A program made the translations under genes and the position numbers. This document shows positions 18,100-20,529 of a stretch of DNA of 20,529 bases, one piece after another; within the stretch, counting starts at the first letter, position 1, and each line of letters opens with the position of its first letter. This DNA is from Phycisphaerales bacterium (GTDB lineage: Bacteria; Planctomycetota; Phycisphaerae; WQYP01): contig DAIDJN010000074.1 of NCBI GenBank assembly GCA_027451365.1, positions 1 to 20,529 on the forward strand, written 5' to 3'. The notes below the pieces were generated by a model. That model saw only the letters and a program-made list of their open reading frames with translations, did no database searches and had not been told where the DNA came from.

Positions 18100-18820
18100 G
18101 CGTTGAATCCTCTTATGCTGGACGCCAGCATAACCGCCGCACAAAGCCGGCTCAACAACCGTTCCCACCCCGGCTGCGCCATTCCCAACTTTGGCCAACC
18201 AAAGCTCTGCCGTCAGCCGCGTGGGCTTATTTTTAGATGCCAAATCGGAACCGCGGCGGTGGAAATCATCTGGGCAGCGCCTGGGCCGCAATGCCTCAAC
18301 CGGCCCTCCAATATCCTATTCAAAACCGCGATGCCGCCGGCATCAACATCCATTGGCCGATTCCACTTCGGCCCCAAATCAGGTTCCTGCCTGCAAATCC
18401 CCGTCTCGGCCAATGGCCCAGCCGTCCCGAACCAGCCAAATCACGCGAAGAACGGCGCCCGGATCGATGAGAACATAAACAGCTAATTCGTCCCTTGGGC
18501 ATGCCCGAATTCGCGAGTTCTGAAAGTAAAATTGCGTTAAGATTACTTCATTCCCCGAGCCCCCTTCTCTCTCTTTCCCTCTCTTGCTGCGCAGAGAGAT
18601 GATACTACAATTGGCCATAGGCCATCGAATGGCCAGTTGTTTAAAGGCGGGTACCGAGCATGACGGATGATCCAACCGAACCTTACAAAAAATTTTTTAA
18701 GGAAATTGGTGTAATACTCCCCAAGAATATGTGTGCTACATGACCGTAGCTGGCCTTGGAATTGGCTGGCCGGAAGGCCGTGAAGAGCCACGCCGATTTT
18801 GATCTCCCAACGAAAGATGA

Positions 18821-19366
18821 ATGATGAATAATAAGGATTTGGCAACAACCATACTTTACCATTTAGAGGTATTTTATATAGTTCAGGAACTGGACCAACT
18901 CATGTGCGAAAAGGACGAGGAGGCTGCCCATGTATGGGCGAAAATCTATAAAGATCGTCAATTCAAATTGAAGCCTCCCGTGCTCGGTATGGAAACCACA
19001 ATTACTCATATATTACCAGTTGTGGCATTTCTCAAGCGTCTGGGCAACGAGGCACTGATCGACGCGGGCTTCCCGTCGAATCTAGCTGGCCTCGACGTTA
19101 GCTTTTACGACAATAATCAACCCGCCGATGGAAGTCCGGCCAAACTCATTGCCGTTATTCGCAATGCTTTGGCACATTATCCAGATTACGTTGCTGGTGA
19201 ACGGTCCCAACCAAATGTAAGTTTTGACACTCCGCATGTGGAATTCTGGACCAAGAGCAGGAATCAGAAGGTTGTATTCGAAACAAAGGGCGGATGGGTG
19301 CACTTCATGGACGTTTGTCATCGTGTAGCCCGTAAGGCAGCCCAGCAGCTCTTAGAGGCACCCTAA
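18821..19366 (+). CDS. Hypothetical protein with HEPN RNase motif (R-x4-H)
   Basis: 181-aa ORF with AT-richer codon usage. Helical N-terminal half, LIAVIRNALAH motif, then beta-strand-like segments (NVSF, VEFW, KVVF) and a terminal helix. Confidence 0.68.
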   Translation: MMNNKDLATTILYHLEVFYIVQELDQLMCEKDEEAAHVWAKIYKDRQFKLKPPVLGMETTITHILPVVAFLKRLGNEALIDAGFPSNLAGLDVSFYDNNQPADGSPAKLIAVIRNALAHYPDYVAGERSQPNVSFDTPHVEFWTKSRNQKVVFETKGGWVHFMDVCHRVARKAAQQLLEAP

Positions 19367-19445
19367 GGTTGGGAGAAAAGAGATAAACGTCTCGCGAGGC
19401 GCGGATAGGACGTTGCCGCTGGTTGTTACCTTTTAGTCGTGGCGA

Positions 19446-19538
19446 TTAGATGGGCCACCCCAGCGTGGCGGCCATGACACCAGAAATGCCCATAACGGTG
19501 ACCGCAGTCCACAACGCAATAAAGATGGCTATTACCAT
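19446..19538 (-). CDS. Possible 30-aa hydrophobic peptide MVIAIFIALWTAVTVMGISGVMAATLGWPI
   Basis: Manual translation from ATG 19538 to TAA 19446. Uncharged and single-TM-like, but no clear RBS. Confidence 0.25.
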   Translation of the reverse strand: MVIAIFIALWTAVTVMGISGVMAATLGWPI

Positions 19539-19735
19539 CGGCGGGGCACGCTGGCACCAACCGCCAGTTATAACGTTTGCTAGCTTCTCTTCACGTCAAT
19601 TAATGCAGTTTTGCGAAATCTGCACGACCTTGCAGCCAGGTGCATAAAACGAAACCCCAAGCCACCCACGGCTTCCGTAAAAAAGGTTCGGCTGGTGTCC
19701 TGTCTGCCCCGATTTTTTTTTCCATCAGGCAAAAA

Positions 19736-19853
19736 AATAGAGCAGGTGATTTTTGAACATGAGAACAGGGGAGCAAATTCGGCTGTGGCAAAAGAATGGC
19801 TGCGGCCGGCGCACAAAGCCCCACCTGCGATCACCTGCTCAATTGCTCACCTG
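19736..19853. repeat. Dispersed repeat copy 2 bounded by an inverted repeat (MITE-like)
   Basis: GAGCAGGTGAT (19740-19750) pairs perfectly with ATCACCTGCTC (19830-19840), extendable to 14/15. The interior matches 372-412, and CACCTG occurs three times at 19822-19853. Confidence 0.65.
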
Positions 19854-20123
19854 GTCGAATCAAATAAAGGGCGTATCGCAAAAATGGCACGGTCCCTTGT
19901 GGTACGCCACCAACGCCCTAAGTTGTGGGCCAGTTAATTGATCCGCTTTTCTGAACGTCCGTTGGCAGCACTGCAAAGTAGGCCATTTGGCAGTGCCGAC
20001 AGGAACACGCATGCCGGTTCTCCATTTCCGACTGAAGCAATACACGATGAATGTCGCCCATTCGAATTACCCGACCATTACGTTCTTATTACAATAAAAT
20101 ACGCAATAACGAATATGCGGCAA

Positions 20124-20166
20124 ATTATACATTAGTAGATGTTTATCGGCTTTAGTAATGTATAAT
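20124..20166. promoter_or_regulatory. 11-bp perfect inverted repeat overlapping a TATAAT -10 box (operator-like)
   Basis: ATTATACATTA (20124-20134), 21 nt, then TAATGTATAAT (20156-20166), 42 nt upstream of the ORF at 20209. Confidence 0.6.
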
Positions 20167-20208
20167 ATACATCGACACGGTCGCAAGCTGCTTCGTTAGG
20201 AATCTCAG

Positions 20209-20418
20209 ATGAGCAAGGATGTGAAGATTGGCGTGCTCGCGGGCGACGCCGGAGCAGATGGTGAATATCAATGGAACGTGCTGATTCTTGACCGGGCATA
20301 CGAGGGGGCAATGAAGATGCTGAATGCCGAACAATACGCGTATGCTGCCGCACAGGTCAAGGCGTTGGCAACCGAACGGGACCCAACGCCAGGGCAAAAT
20401 CATATAGACAAGTATTGA
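20209..20418 (+). pseudogene. Short ORF, probably an N-terminal fragment of a RelE/ParE-like toxin
   Basis: AGGA RBS and promoter upstream. KIGV..G......YQWNVLILDRAY..AM..LN..QY......VK.LA...DPT resembles, from memory, the first half of ~130-aa planctomycete RelE-like proteins. The frame stops after 69 aa as the sequence becomes AT-rich. Confidence 0.45.
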
Positions 20419-20434
20419 TTTCACAATGTATAAT
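20405..20434 (+). promoter_or_regulatory. Putative sigma70 promoter reading out of the right edge
   Basis: TAGACA (20405-20410), 18 nt, then TATAAT (20429-20434). Confidence 0.45.
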
Positions 20435-20529
20435 ATTCGCATATACGTAGTTTGCGCATTGCGCTGCGCTATGGTATACCGCTTGTATTGGTCGCGAGGC
20501 CTCGCGAGGGTTGTATTAGCTTTGTTCGT

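Noticed and set aside
18100..18291. 64-aa N-terminal extension of the MTase ORF, and similar extensions on the mntR, PLD, sbp and acyP ORFs
   Set aside because: Downstream starts coincide with where family similarity begins and mostly have better RBSs.
19580..20135. ORFs 19580-19834, 19600-19824, 19611-19937, 19753-19941, 19860-20045 and 19938-20135
   Set aside because: They overlap homopolymer tracts and the dispersed repeat, and show no motifs or clear RBS.
20416..20443. Possible chromosomal dif site (minus strand TATGCGAATAT-TATACA-TTGTGAAATCA)
   Set aside because: It matches only 7/11 and 5/11 to the E. coli XerC and XerD arms, and the normally well-conserved XerD arm is poor. Kept only as part of the inverted-repeat finding.
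1..20529. Apparent absence of GAGCTC (SacI site) as evidence for the R-M specificity
   Set aside because: I saw none by eye, but GAGCT/AGCTC are already scarce among the AGCT sites here, so absence in 20 kb is uninformative. A genome-wide Markov-corrected count is needed.

Overview
This is a bacterial chromosomal window, most likely from a planctomycete (PVC superphylum). The main clue is a PVC-type 'small basic protein' gene, supported by the tpiA-secG-yicC-gmk-rpoZ-coaC order with a stand-alone CoaC and a squalene-hopene cyclase. Bases ~740-15930 are ordinary core genes: RbsD/FucU, aroK, an NAD(P)-dependent oxidoreductase, an MntR/DtxR regulator, a Nuc-like PLD nuclease, sbp, coaC, rpoZ, gmk, yicC, secG, tpiA, aroF, a DUF2156 protein, an ABC permease, acylphosphatase, shc and xerD. 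Immediately upstream of xerD the sequence becomes an accessory, visibly more AT-rich, defence-island-like segment. It carries a Dam-type (D12) N6-adenine methyltransferase overlapping a PD-(D/E)xK restriction endonuclease that is probably SacI-like. Divergent from that pair is an unannotated 181-aa protein with a HEPN RNase motif (RNALAH), and further on an apparently truncated toxin-like ORF inside ~25-33 bp imperfect inverted repeats. The R-M plus HEPN pairing is the best candidate for an undescribed system. Both ends of the window carry mosaics of short non-coding repeat modules, including a REP doublet and a ~65-bp element present at 354-418 and again at 19736-19807. All family assignments come from motif recognition by eye; no database searches were run.
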